In this document: positions 25,988 through 36,010 of the stretch, one piece after another
How the letters are laid out: each line of letters begins with the position of its first letter
Numbering within the stretch: position 1 is the first letter of the stretch
Assembly: GCA_963728125.1 (NCBI GenBank)
Contig: CAVSIZ010000017.1
Coordinates: forward strand, 15,923 to 79,922
Length of the DNA: 64,000 nucleotides
Reading direction: 5' to 3'
Source: an uncultured Actinomycetota bacterium
GTDB lineage: Bacteria > Actinomycetota > Actinomycetes > CAWDCV01
Made by a program: the position numbers and the translations under genes
The notes under the pieces: generated by a model
Databases searched by the model: none
The model's input: only the letters and a program-made list of their open reading frames with translations
What the model was told of the DNA's origin: nothing

Positions 25988-27259
25988 CTAGCCCGAGCCG
26001 AGGCTGCTGTCCCCGTCGACGATCATGCCGGCGCCGACGGTGACGTTCGTTGCCTCGTCGATGACGATGAATCCGCCGGTGGTGCGGCTGCGGACGTACG
26101 GGTCGGCGAACAGCGGTGCCTGGGTGCGCAGTCGCACCCGACCGACCTCGTTGAGGTGGAGTCCGGTGGCGTCGGACTGGCGGTGCAACGTGTTGACGTC
26201 GAGCCGGTACTGCAGCTCCTTGACGATGGCCTTCACCGAGCGGGTGGTGTGCTTGATCGTGTACTTCTTGCCCGGGATCAGCGCCGCGCGATCGTCCATC
26301 CAGCACAGCATCGCGTCGATGTCCTGGTTCATCGCTGGCCGGTTGTGCGGGCGGCAGATCATGTCACCCCGCGAGACGTCGATCTCGTCCTCGAGGCGCA
26401 GCGTCACCGACATCGTGGGGAACGCCTCCTCCAGCGGACCGTCGAGACCGTCGATGGCGGCGATGCGGCTGGTGAAGCCGCTCGGCAAGACGACGACCTC
26501 ATCGCCCACTCGCAGCACCCCGCCGGCGACCATGCCGGCATAGCCGCGGTAGTCCTGACCGCGACTCGACATCGGACGCAGCACGTACTGCACCGGGAAG
26601 CGCACATCGACGAGGTTGCGGTCGCTGGCGACGTGCACGTTCTCCAGGTGATGCAGCAGCGTCGGTCCCTCGTACCACGGAGATCGCGTCGAACGCTGCA
26701 CGACGTTGTCGCCGTGCAGCGCCGAAATGGGGATGAACGACAGGTCCGGAGCGCTGAGCTTCGTTGAGAACGCGCTGAACTCCGACCGGATCGACTCGAA
26801 GACGTCCTCGGACCAGTCGACGAGGTCCATCTTGTTGACGACGAGCAGCAGGTGCGGCACCCGCAGCAGGGACACGAGGAACGCGTGCCGGCGACTCTGC
26901 TCGACGATGCCCTTGCGGGCGTCGATGAGGACGAGCGCGAGGTCCGCGGTGGACGCGCCAGTCACCATGTTGCGCGTGTACTGGATGTGCCCCGGCGTAT
27001 CAGCAATGACGAACTTGCGTCGCGGCGTCGCGAAGTAGCGGTACGCCACATCGATCGTGATGCCCTGCTCGCGTTCGGCGCGCAGCCCATCCGTGAGCAG
27101 CGCCAGGTTGGTGTACTCGTCGCCGCGGTCGCGACTGGTGCGTTCGACGCTCTCCAGCTGATCCTCGAAGATCGCCTTGCTGTCGTAGAGCAACCGACCG
27201 ATCAGCGTGCTCTTGCCGTCGTCGACGGAGCCCGCGGTCGCCAGGCGCAGGATGTCCAC
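25988..27259 (-). CDS. cysN: sulfate adenylyltransferase subunit 1 (GTPase), no fused APS-kinase domain
   Basis: GTP-binding motifs GSVDDGKSTL, DTPGH and NKMD. 423 aa, so no CysC domain is fused. Confidence 0.9.
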   Translation of the reverse strand: MDILRLATAGSVDDGKSTLIGRLLYDSKAIFEDQLESVERTSRDRGDEYTNLALLTDGLRAEREQGITIDVAYRYFATPRRKFVIADTPGHIQYTRNMVTGASTADLALVLIDARKGIVEQSRRHAFLVSLLRVPHLLLVVNKMDLVDWSEDVFESIRSEFSAFSTKLSAPDLSFIPISALHGDNVVQRSTRSPWYEGPTLLHHLENVHVASDRNLVDVRFPVQYVLRPMSSRGQDYRGYAGMVAGGVLRVGDEVVVLPSGFTSRIAAIDGLDGPLEEAFPTMSVTLRLEDEIDVSRGDMICRPHNRPAMNQDIDAMLCWMDDRAALIPGKKYTIKHTTRSVKAIVKELQYRLDVNTLHRQSDATGLHLNEVGRVRLRTQAPLFADPYVRSRTTGGFIVIDEATNVTVGAGMIVDGDSSLGSG

Positions 27260-28167
27260 TAGAAATAGCCCTCTCGCTTACGGTCCTCCATCGCGGCCTC
27301 GCTGAACTTGTCGTCCCCGCGAGTCGCGCCGCGCTCGGTGACACGCGTGGCTGCGACCTCGGCAATCACCTTCTCGACCGTGTCGGCGTCCGACTGCACG
27401 GCGGCGGTCAACGTAGCGTCGCCCACGGTCCGGTAGCGCACTCGCGCCGTGAACACCGGCTCGTCGGCCCGTGGCTGGCAGAACTCGTTCGCGGCGAACA
27501 GCATCCCTTGCCGCAGGAACACGTCGCGGTCGTGCGCGTAGTAGATGTTCGGCAGCGCGAGCCGTTCCTGCGCGATGTACGACCACACGTCGAGCTCGGT
27601 CCAGTTCGACAGCGGGAACACGCGCAGGCTCTCGCCGAGATGAATGCGCCCGTTGTAGAGGCTCCACAGCTCGGGACGCTGATTCTTCGGATCCCACTGA
27701 CCGAACTCGTCCCGGAAGGAGAAGATGCGCTCCTTCGCGCGCGCCTTTTCCTCGTCTCGCCGCGCGCCGCCGAAGAGTGCGGTGAAGCGATGCTTCTCCA
27801 CGGCTTCGAGCAGCACCGGCGTCTGAATGCGGTTACGCGAACCGTTTGGCTCCGGCGTGACCAGACCGCGCTCGATCGCATCCTCGACCGAGGCGACGAG
27901 GAGCTGAACGCCGAGCTCGGTTACCCGCCGATCGCGGAACTCGAGCACCTCGGGGAAGTTGTGCCCGGTGTCGACGTGCATCACCGGGAACGGGATCGGT
28001 GCGGGTCGGAACGCCTTCTCCGCCAACCGCAGCATGACGATGGAATCCTTGCCACCGGAGAACAGGAGTACCGGTCGCTCGAGCTCCGCGGCCACCTCGC
28101 GGATGATGTAGGTCGCCTCCGACTCGAGGACCGCGAGCTGATCCAGGCGGTAATCAGGTGGGCTCAT
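27259..28167 (-). CDS. cysD: sulfate adenylyltransferase subunit 2
   Basis: PAPS-reductase-like fold LLFSGGKDSIVMLRLA, plus HVDTGHNFPE. Its stop overlaps the start of cysN. Confidence 0.9.
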   Translation of the reverse strand: MSPPDYRLDQLAVLESEATYIIREVAAELERPVLLFSGGKDSIVMLRLAEKAFRPAPIPFPVMHVDTGHNFPEVLEFRDRRVTELGVQLLVASVEDAIERGLVTPEPNGSRNRIQTPVLLEAVEKHRFTALFGGARRDEEKARAKERIFSFRDEFGQWDPKNQRPELWSLYNGRIHLGESLRVFPLSNWTELDVWSYIAQERLALPNIYYAHDRDVFLRQGMLFAANEFCQPRADEPVFTARVRYRTVGDATLTAAVQSDADTVEKVIAEVAATRVTERGATRGDDKFSEAAMEDRKREGYF

Positions 28168-28934
28168 CGGAGGGCCTCGATCGAGGTGGCGGAGTCGAGT
28201 GCCACGAGGAGCTCGACGGCGAGCTCGGGTCGACAGACGACGAGGTCGGGCAGGTACGGATTCGCCGCATTGTAGGTAAGCGGGGAGCCGTCGAGGCGAC
28301 TGCAGTACAACCCGGCAGCGCGCGCCACCGCTACCGGCGCGGCGGAATCCCACTCATATTGACCGCCGGCGTGAACATAAGCGTCCATTTCGCCGAGCAG
28401 CACCGTCGCCACCTTGAAGCCCGCCGATCCCCACGGCACCACATCGGCGGACAGGTCGGCCAACGCGGCGAGGACACCGGCATCTGCGCGAGATCGGCTC
28501 ACCGTCGCCCGCCAGGGACCGGCGTTGCGTGGTGGTACGGCCGGCGGTGAATCTGTAGCCAGCGTCATCGATCGGCCCGGTAGCGCAACCGCGCCGGCAA
28601 CGAGTTCACCACGTTCCCACAGCGCGACGTGCACGCCCCAGTCCTGCCGGCCCTCGGCGTACTCGCGGGTGCCGTCGAGCGGATCGACGATCCAGACCCG
28701 ATCGGCGTGCAGTCGAGCTGCGTCGTCGGCTGCCTCCTCGCTCAGCACGGCGTCGTCGGGACGCAGCCGGTGCAGCTCGTCGGCCAGGAACGCCTGCGCA
28801 GCGCTGTCGCCAGCTGCGCGCAGGTCCTCGCCAGCGGTCAAATCGCGACGCAGCCGCAGCAGCAGGTCGCCGGTCTGCTCCGCAAGACGGCGCGCCAGTG
28901 CCGCGTCGACACCAGCGGATCGGGACGCAGCCAT
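28164..28934 (-). CDS. cysQ: 3'(2'),5'-bisphosphate nucleotidase (PAP phosphatase), inositol-monophosphatase family
   Basis: Motifs WIVDPLDGTREY and WDSAAPVAVARAAG. Its stop overlaps the start of cysD. Confidence 0.8.
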   Translation of the reverse strand: MAASRSAGVDAALARRLAEQTGDLLLRLRRDLTAGEDLRAAGDSAAQAFLADELHRLRPDDAVLSEEAADDAARLHADRVWIVDPLDGTREYAEGRQDWGVHVALWERGELVAGAVALPGRSMTLATDSPPAVPPRNAGPWRATVSRSRADAGVLAALADLSADVVPWGSAGFKVATVLLGEMDAYVHAGGQYEWDSAAPVAVARAAGLYCSRLDGSPLTYNAANPYLPDLVVCRPELAVELLVALDSATSIEALR

Positions 28935-28938
28935 AAAG

Positions 28939-30354
28939 TCAGTAGGCCCCTTTGCCGCTGAGGACGGCGCGGGCGGTCTTCCAGAGGATGACCGCGTCGA
29001 GGGTCAGCGACCAGTTCTCGACGTACCGCAGGTCGAGCTCGATCGTCCGTTCCCAGGACAGGTCGCTGCGGCCGCTGACCTGCCACAGGCCTGTCAGGCC
29101 AGGCCGGACGTTGAGCCGGCGCAGCTCGTGCGGGAGGTACGCCCCGACCTCGGACGCCATCGGCGGCCGCGGACCGATGAGCGACATCTGGCCGCGCACC
29201 ACGTGCCACAGTTGCGGCAGTTCGTCCAGCGAAAAGCGGCGAAGGAACCGGCCGACCGGAGTGATCCGGGGATCATGGCGGATCTTGAACATGTGTCCGT
29301 CGTGCTCGTTGAACTGTTCCAGTCCGGCGCTGCGCACCTGCTCGGCGTCCTGGATCATCGTCCGAAATTTGTAGCACGTGAACGGTCGGCCGTTGTAGCC
29401 CATCCGCGTCTGCGCGAAGAACACCGGGCCGGGGCTCGTCACCCTGACGAGGATCCCGATGACAAGCAGCACCGGCGACAGCACGATCAGGCCGGCGGCC
29501 GCCGCGGTCCACTCCAGCACCCGCTTGATCTGTCGACGCACACCCCGATACGCGGGTTGGGCGACCTCGAGCAGAGGCAACGACCCGGCGGGCCGAACGA
29601 TGACGCGGTGCGGCATCACCTCGCGCAGATCAGGGGCAACGAGCACCCGAACGCAAGATTGCTCCAGGTCCCAGGACAGCCGGCGCAGCACCTCACCGTC
29701 GAAGGCGGGCCCCGGCACGAACAGCACGACGTCGATGTCGTGCTCCGCCACGACGGCCCCCACGCGCTCAGGGGCCGCGAGTCGAAGCACGCCGGACATG
29801 GACGCGACGTCGTCTGGCTCCGGAGTGCACGCGCCCACGACGTTCCAGCCCAGGCGCGGGTCGACGCTGAGTGCGCCGGCGATGGAGACCGTCGCGTTCG
29901 CATCACCGACGATCAGCACGCGGTTAGCGCCCTGACCGGTCGTCCACTCGCGCTGCACCGCTCGGCGCAGCATCAGGCGTCCCAGGAGAGACACCGTCAC
30001 CGTCGCCGGGACGAGCAGCGCGATCTTCGCCGCCACGGGAATCCCCAGGACGGCCGAGCCCACGGCCGCGAGACCGAGCGACCACGCCCCGGCCATCAAG
30101 ACGCGACGGAACTCCGCCCAGCCACCGCCCAGCAGCGCGCAGTCGTATCCACCTGCTGCTGTCAACAGGAGCGGCCAGAGCACGATCGCAGCCGCCGCCA
30201 CCGGACCGGGACGGACGAACAAGAGAACGATCGACGCCGCCAGGATGTCGACCGCAACGACCGGCAGCCGTCCCGCCAGCTGCTTGGCCAGTCGCCCGCG
30301 AGCCACGGGGGTCGCCCGTGTGGCAGGCGAAACTGCCCTTTCGAACACTGTCAT
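28939..30354 (-). CDS. polyprenyl-phosphate sugar phosphotransferase (WbaP/CpsE-like), copy 2
   Basis: Paralog of 24399-25853 with the same catalytic motifs: FTCYKFRTM...HDPRITPVGRFLRRFSLDELPQL...GQMSLIGPRP...RPGLTGLWQV. Confidence 0.85.
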   Translation of the reverse strand: MTVFERAVSPATRATPVARGRLAKQLAGRLPVVAVDILAASIVLLFVRPGPVAAAAIVLWPLLLTAAGGYDCALLGGGWAEFRRVLMAGAWSLGLAAVGSAVLGIPVAAKIALLVPATVTVSLLGRLMLRRAVQREWTTGQGANRVLIVGDANATVSIAGALSVDPRLGWNVVGACTPEPDDVASMSGVLRLAAPERVGAVVAEHDIDVVLFVPGPAFDGEVLRRLSWDLEQSCVRVLVAPDLREVMPHRVIVRPAGSLPLLEVAQPAYRGVRRQIKRVLEWTAAAAGLIVLSPVLLVIGILVRVTSPGPVFFAQTRMGYNGRPFTCYKFRTMIQDAEQVRSAGLEQFNEHDGHMFKIRHDPRITPVGRFLRRFSLDELPQLWHVVRGQMSLIGPRPPMASEVGAYLPHELRRLNVRPGLTGLWQVSGRSDLSWERTIELDLRYVENWSLTLDAVILWKTARAVLSGKGAY

Positions 30355-30737
30355 TCCGTGTTGCCCCCCCGGCGCATGTCGTCACTGTGAGTGATGTACG
30401 CGCCACCAAAATCGCGTCGCCCGAAGAGCGCCCCCACGCTTTCTTCGTGCCGCCGTTACGCTACGCGACACATGACCTGTGTAAAGGCTGTATTCGCCTT
30501 TCTGTAACACCTTCGTTCGTTCGGCGGCCGAATCGAACCGGGTCGTTGTTCGCAGATCGTTCTTTCGACCGATAGCCGGTCGTGACCTGCCCTGCTCTGT
30601 CACGGCGCTGTCACGATCTGCATGCGGCGACCAGCGCTGCTTGGCAGCGAGCAGGCGCATACGCTGGCCATCTGGGACACCGTTGTCCGTGTCGTTGGCT
30701 GCCGTTGCGCTGAACTACGCCCTGGACAGGGAGTCCG
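30355..30737. promoter_or_regulatory. divergent intergenic region (glycosylphosphotransferase on -, ppc on +) with an imperfect palindrome GTTCGTTCGGCGGCCGAATCGAAC (30516-30539) and an AAAGGC-N7-GCCTTT hairpin (30484-30502)
   Basis: GC content is locally lower. The inverted repeats were seen directly in the sequence. No promoter consensus can be assigned with confidence. Confidence 0.3.
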
Positions 30738-33491
30738 ATGACCGCCGCTGTGACCTCGCTGCCGGGTCCGGTGCCCGAGCCGCTCCCAGACAAGGAGCAG
30801 GCAGCGCTGCGCGCGGACATCCGCCGACTGGGGAATCTGCTCGGCGAGTCGCTGGTCCGCCAGGAGGGTCAGGGGCTGCTCGACCTCGTCGAAGAGGTTC
30901 GCCGCCTCACGAAGGAGGACGGCGAGCAAGCGGCGGCGCTGCTCGCCGACATCAACGTCGAGACCGGCATCAAGCTCGTTCGAGCGTTCGCGCTGTACTT
31001 CTACCTAGCGAATGTCACGGAGCAGGTGCATCGCGGCCGCGACCTGCAAGTTCGGCGAGAGTCGACCGGCGGATGGCTCAACCAGGCCGTCGACCGGATC
31101 GACGCGTCAGCGCTGTCACCCCGGCTGATCGACGACGCGGCCCACCGACTAGCAGTACGCCCGGTGTTCACGGCACACCCCACCGAGGCTGCGCGACGCA
31201 GCACGCTCACCAAGCTGCGCCGGGTCGCGGATTTGCTGGATGGACCGGACGACGAGCGCAGGCAGCAACGGCTCGCCGAGGTCGTCGACCTACTGTGGCA
31301 GACCGACGAGTTGCGCGTCGTGCGTCCCGATCCCACCGACGAGGCCCGCAATGCCATGTACTACCTCGACGACCTATTCCGTGACGCGGTGCCGGATGTG
31401 GTCGACGATCTCGCTCGCGAGCTGCAGCGCGTCGGCGTGGAGCTCGAGCCCACCGCTCGGCCGCTGAGATTCGGCACCTGGATCGGCGGTGACCGTGACG
31501 GCAACCCCAACGTCTCGGCGCAGGTGACGCAGGACGTCCTCGTCATGCAGCACGAGTACGCGATTCGCGACCTGCTCGCGGTGATGGAGGAGCTGCGCAA
31601 TGACTTGTCGACGTCGACGCGCATCGTCGAGCCGCCGGCAGAGCTCCTCGACAGTGTCGAGCGTGACCTCCGTGCGCTGCCGGAGATCGAACCGCGCTAC
31701 CGCCGGCTCAACGCCGAGGAGCCGTACCGCCTGAAGGTCACCTGCATCCGGCAGAAGCTGCTCAACACACGGGCACGCGTGGCAGACGATGGCCGACATC
31801 GGCCAGGACGTGACTATCTCGGAACTGATGAGCTGCTCGACGACCTGACACTGCTGCGGGATGCCTTGCTGACGACCCGCGGCGGCGAGCTCATTGCCCG
31901 CGGTCGGTTGGCGCGTGCCGTTCGTACGGTCGCGGCCTTTGGGTTGCCGTTCGCAACGATGGACGTACGCGAGCATGCCGACGCACACCATCACGTACTC
32001 GCGCAGCTGCTGAACCAGCTGCAGGAGCTGTCCTGGCGGTACGAGGACCTGCCCCGGCCCTATCGGCAGCAGCTTCTCGGCAAGGAGCTGGCTGGGCGAC
32101 GACCCCTTGCCCAGACACCGCCGCCACTCGACGACGAGGGACACAAGACGTTCGACGTCTTCACCACCATCCGGCGCTGCCTCGATCGTTTCGGGCCCGA
32201 CGTCATCGAGTCCTACATCGTGTCCATGACGCAGGGCGCCGACGACGTCCTCGCAGCGGCACTGGTCGCCCGGGAGGCCGGACTCATCGATGTGCACGCG
32301 GGCGTTGCGCGCATCGGCTTCGTGCCACTGCTGGAGACGACCGAAGAGCTGCGCGCAGCCGACGAGGTCATCGAGGCGCTGCTGTCCGACGCGTCGTACC
32401 GCAGCATCGTTGCCGCACGCGGCAACGTGCAGGAAGTGATGCTCGGTTATAGCGACTCCAACAAGCAAGCGGGTGTCACAACGTCACAGTGGGAGATTCA
32501 CAAGGCGCAACGCCGCCTGCGCGACGTGTGTCGCCGGCACGGCGTGCGGCTGCGGCTGTTCCATGGTCGAGGTGGCACCGTCGGTCGCGGCGGCGGCCCC
32601 ACACACGGCGCAATCCTGGCCCAGCCGTACGGGACCCTCGAGGGGGAGATCAAGGTGACCGAGCAGGGCGAGGTCATCAGCGACAAGTACCTCTTGCCGT
32701 CACTTGCGCGAGAGAACCTCGAGCTCGTCCTCGCGGCCACCCTCGAAGCGACGCTGCTGCACATCACCTCGCGGCACACCGACGAGGCATTGCAGCGTTG
32801 GGACGAGTGCATGAACGCCGTTTCCGAGGCAGCGCACACGGCATACCGCTCGCTCATCGAGCTTCCGGATCTGTCCGACTACTTCTTCACGTCCACACCC
32901 GTTGATCAGCTGGGCGCTCTGAACATCGGGTCGCGTCCGGCGCGGCGACCGGGCAGCGGCAGCGGACTCGACGGGTTGCGCGCCATTCCCTGGGTGTTCG
33001 GATGGACGCAGTCGCGACAGATCGTTCCCGGCTGGTACGGCGTGGGCAGCGGATTGCTCGCTGCGCGCAAGGCCGGTCTCGGCGACGTGCTCGAGGAGAT
33101 GTACGGCGAGTGGCACTTCCTGCGTAACTTCCTCGCCAACGTGTCGATGACGCTGGCGAAGACGGACCTGCGAATCGCGCGGCACTACGTCGAGTCGCTC
33201 GTGCCGGAGCACTTGCACCATGTGTTCGATCGCATCACCGAGGAGCACGACCGGACTGTCGAGGAGCTGCTGCGCATCACCGGGGAGAAGGAGCTGCTGG
33301 GAGCGAATCCGGTGCTTCAGCGAACGCTGCAGGTGCGCGACGCCTACCTCGACCCGATCAGCTATCTCCAGGTCTCACTACTGCGTCGATTGCGCGCGAC
33401 ACCCGAAGATGAAGAGCACGATTCGCAACTGCAGCGAGCGCTGCTGCTGACCGTCAACGGCGTCGCCGCGGGGTTGCGCAACACCGGATGA
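30738..33491 (+). CDS. ppc: phosphoenolpyruvate carboxylase
   Basis: 917 aa. Motif [14 protein letters not shown]-terminal ...[16 protein letters not shown] is typical of PEPC. Confidence 0.9.
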   Translation: MTAAVTSLPGPVPEPLPDKEQAALRADIRRLGNLLGESLVRQEGQGLLDLVEEVRRLTKEDGEQAAALLADINVETGIKLVRAFALYFYLANVTEQVHRGRDLQVRRESTGGWLNQAVDRIDASALSPRLIDDAAHRLAVRPVFTAHPTEAARRSTLTKLRRVADLLDGPDDERRQQRLAEVVDLLWQTDELRVVRPDPTDEARNAMYYLDDLFRDAVPDVVDDLARELQRVGVELEPTARPLRFGTWIGGDRDGNPNVSAQVTQDVLVMQHEYAIRDLLAVMEELRNDLSTSTRIVEPPAELLDSVERDLRALPEIEPRYRRLNAEEPYRLKVTCIRQKLLNTRARVADDGRHRPGRDYLGTDELLDDLTLLRDALLTTRGGELIARGRLARAVRTVAAFGLPFATMDVREHADAHHHVLAQLLNQLQELSWRYEDLPRPYRQQLLGKELAGRRPLAQTPPPLDDEGHKTFDVFTTIRRCLDRFGPDVIESYIVSMTQGADDVLAAALVAREAGLIDVHAGVARIGFVPLLETTEELRAADEVIEALLSDASYRSIVAARGNVQEVMLGYSDSNKQAGVTTSQWEIHKAQRRLRDVCRRHGVRLRLFHGRGGTVGRGGGPTHGAILAQPYGTLEGEIKVTEQGEVISDKYLLPSLARENLELVLAATLEATLLHITSRHTDEALQRWDECMNAVSEAAHTAYRSLIELPDLSDYFFTSTPVDQLGALNIGSRPARRPGSGSGLDGLRAIPWVFGWTQSRQIVPGWYGVGSGLLAARKAGLGDVLEEMYGEWHFLRNFLANVSMTLAKTDLRIARHYVESLVPEHLHHVFDRITEEHDRTVEELLRITGEKELLGANPVLQRTLQVRDAYLDPISYLQVSLLRRLRATPEDEEHDSQLQRALLLTVNGVAAGLRNTG

Positions 33492-33503
33492 CAGGATCTG
33501 CCC

Positions 33504-34478
33504 ATGAGGGCAGTCGTATACGAATCCCTGGGTGCGAGCGACGTGCTGCGGCTCGTCGACATCGACACTCCGGAACCCGGTCCAGGCGAGGTCCGTGTCC
33601 GCGTCCACGTGTCAGCGGTGAATCCGACCGACTGGAAGCAGCGGTCCGGCAGCACGATGGCAACGATGCCGTTTCCGCGGATGGTGCCGAACCAGGACGG
33701 CGCGGGGGTGATCGATGCCGTCGGAACCGGTGTCGATCCGGGCCGGGTTGGCGAGCGCGTGTGGATGCTGATGGCGATGGTGCGCCATGGCCTCGGCACC
33801 GCCGAAGAATTCGTCTGCCTGCCCGAACGACATGTCGTCCGCCTGCCGGACAACGCGTCCTTCGACCTGGGTGCCTCACTCGGGGTGCCCGCGGTGACGG
33901 CCGCGGTGGCGCTCTTCGGTGACGGGCGGTTGTCGGGACAGACCGTGCTGGTGGCGGGTGGTGCCGGTGCGGTCGGGCACTATGCCATCGAGCTTGCCAA
34001 ACGCGACGGCGCGCGCGTGATCACAACGGTGAGCTCGGCCGAGAAGGCCGAGTTGGCCGAGGCCGCTGGAGCGGACGTTGTCGTCAACTATCGCGACGAC
34101 GATGCTGCGGCGGCCATTCGCGCGGCGGCACCCGTTGGCGTCGAGCGGATCGTGGAAGTGGCCCTGCCGCAGAACTTGTCGCTCGACCTGGACGTGATCA
34201 GGCTGCGCGGAACCATCGTCACGTACGCCGGCGGCGGCGAAGAACCGCAGATCCCGGTCCGCCGGCTGATGACTGCGAACCTGTCGCTGAGGTTCCTGTT
34301 GCTCTACAACGTCGCGGACGATGTGTTGAACGCGGCAGTGCGAGAGGTGTCGTCCGCCCTCCACGAGGGTGTGTTGACCGAACTGCCGGTGCATCGGTTC
34401 TCGCTCGCAGAGTACTGCTGCCGCTCACGATGCCGTCGAGGGCGGCGCCGTCGGCAAGGTGCTCATCGACGTTGCTGA
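33504..34478 (+). CDS. NADPH:quinone oxidoreductase / zinc-type alcohol dehydrogenase superfamily (MDR)
   Basis: N-terminus MRAVVYESLGASDVLRLVDIDTPEPGPGEVRVRV. Rossmann motif VLVAGGAGAVGHYAIELAK. Confidence 0.75.
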   Translation: MRAVVYESLGASDVLRLVDIDTPEPGPGEVRVRVHVSAVNPTDWKQRSGSTMATMPFPRMVPNQDGAGVIDAVGTGVDPGRVGERVWMLMAMVRHGLGTAEEFVCLPERHVVRLPDNASFDLGASLGVPAVTAAVALFGDGRLSGQTVLVAGGAGAVGHYAIELAKRDGARVITTVSSAEKAELAEAAGADVVVNYRDDDAAAAIRAAAPVGVERIVEVALPQNLSLDLDVIRLRGTIVTYAGGGEEPQIPVRRLMTANLSLRFLLLYNVADDVLNAAVREVSSALHEGVLTELPVHRFSLAEYCCRSRCRRGRRRRQGAHRRC

Positions 34479-35105
34479 CTAGCTGTTGAACTCGTTCTGC
34501 GCGCGTACTAGCCCGTCGGTGACGAGCGCCTCCACGGCATCGGCAGCGCGGTCGACGTGGAACGGCAATTCCTTGCGTTCCGCCGTACCAAAGTCCTTGA
34601 GGACGAACGCCGCCGGATCCATCCGTCCTGGCGGCCGGCCGATGCCGAGGCGTACCCGGGTGAACTCGCCGGTGCCCAGCGAGCGACGCAGCGACTTGAG
34701 ACCGTTGTGCCCGTTGTCGCCGCCGCCGAGCTTGAGCCGAAGGTCACCGTACGGCAGGTCCAGCTCGTCGTGGACGGCGACGATGCGCTCCGGCGCCACC
34801 TTGTAGTAGTCACTGAGCGCTGTGACTGTGCTGCCGGAATCGTTCATGTAGGTGCGGGTCTTGGCGAGCACCACACGCGTTGTGCCGATGCGCCCCTCGA
34901 CAACGTCCGCGCGTCCCTTGTGTGCCTTGAACCGGCCGCCGATCCGCTCGGCAAGCAGGTCGACGACCATCCGGCCGACGTTGTGCCGGTTCGCCGAATA
35001 CTCCTGGCCGGGATTACCCAGCCCGACGATGAGCCAGCTGTCGATCGCCCGGCGATCGGTCACCTCGGTCGAAGGGCGGCGCAGTCGTTGCAGCAGCGAC
35101 GCCAC
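34479..35105 (-). CDS. pth: peptidyl-tRNA hydrolase
   Basis: Motifs LIVGLGNPGQEYSANRHNVG and GHNGLKS. Confidence 0.9.
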   Translation of the reverse strand: MASLLQRLRRPSTEVTDRRAIDSWLIVGLGNPGQEYSANRHNVGRMVVDLLAERIGGRFKAHKGRADVVEGRIGTTRVVLAKTRTYMNDSGSTVTALSDYYKVAPERIVAVHDELDLPYGDLRLKLGGGDNGHNGLKSLRRSLGTGEFTRVRLGIGRPPGRMDPAAFVLKDFGTAERKELPFHVDRAADAVEALVTDGLVRAQNEFNS

Positions 35106-35114
35106 CGTCGCCGA

Positions 35115-35774
35115 CTACTCGGTCGGGGCGGCGGCAGGCGGAGCCTCGCCAGCCGGCTCGGATGTTGTCGGCGCCTCGTGCTCGATGCCAGCGTCGGCCT
35201 CGGCCTCGGCCAGCTCGGCCTCGATCTGCTCAGCGGTCGGTGCCGCCATCACGTTCAACACGGGGGTCTCGGGGTCGATCGCCAGCGTCGTGCCCTCGGG
35301 AAGCTTCACATCCCCGGCATGGACAGACGTGCCGATCGCCATGTCGGTGACGTCGATGTCCAGCTGGGCGGGGATCGTCGTCGCCTCCGCCTCGACCGAC
35401 AGTGTGTTCATTTCACTGTTGAGCAGTCCGCCGGACGCGACCTCGCCGACGATGTGGAGCGGGACGTCAACGGTGACCTTTTCACCGCGACGGACGACGA
35501 CGAGGTCGACGTGCTCGAGGTAGCCCCGGATCGGGTCGCGCTGGACGTGCTTGGGCAGCGTCAGCTCGCGGCCCTCGCCGTCGATGTCGAGCTCGAGGAG
35601 CACGTTCGACGTCTTCAACGCCATCATCAGTGCGTGGCCGGGCAGGCTCACGTGGCGCGGCTGCGTGCCGTGGCCGTACACGACGGCCGGGACCAGGTTG
35701 GCCCGGCGGATGCGGCGGGCGGCGCCCTTGCCGAACTCAGTGCGCTGCTCGGCCTTGAGGCGTACCTCGGACAC
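35115..35774 (-). CDS. rplY: 50S ribosomal protein L25 / general stress protein Ctc
   Basis: N-terminus LKAEQRTEFGKGAARRIRRANLVPAVVYGHG. Acidic C-terminal tail. Confidence 0.85.
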   Translation of the reverse strand: MSEVRLKAEQRTEFGKGAARRIRRANLVPAVVYGHGTQPRHVSLPGHALMMALKTSNVLLELDIDGEGRELTLPKHVQRDPIRGYLEHVDLVVVRRGEKVTVDVPLHIVGEVASGGLLNSEMNTLSVEAEATTIPAQLDIDVTDMAIGTSVHAGDVKLPEGTTLAIDPETPVLNVMAAPTAEQIEAELAEAEADAGIEHEAPTTSEPAGEAPPAAAPTE

Positions 35775-36010
35775 GGCGGAAACTCCTCGACTGTTCTCGC
35801 GGGTGGGACGGACCTCGATGAGAGTGCGTCACCGACACCCGCGTCGAATCACGGAGCGCAGTGGCGTCCCTCGCCGAGGCAACTGCGCAAGTGTAGCGAG
35901 CCGCACACGACGCTCCGCCCCCAGTCCAAATGATCACGTCTACGTGATCATTGAGGCCGATACGCCTGCTGTAGGACGCGTATCGCCCTGAGTCGTCGCG
36001 TATCGCGGTG

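Noticed and set aside
25988-27259. Possibility that CysN is a CysNC fusion with APS kinase
   Set aside because: The ORF is 423 aa and ends right after the EF-Tu-like domains. No Walker-A APS-kinase domain follows before the next gene.
28414-30390. 658-aa plus-strand ORF across cysQ and glycosylphosphotransferase copy 2
   Set aside because: Antisense to two well-supported genes. Extreme Arg/Pro/Ala bias and no domain signatures.
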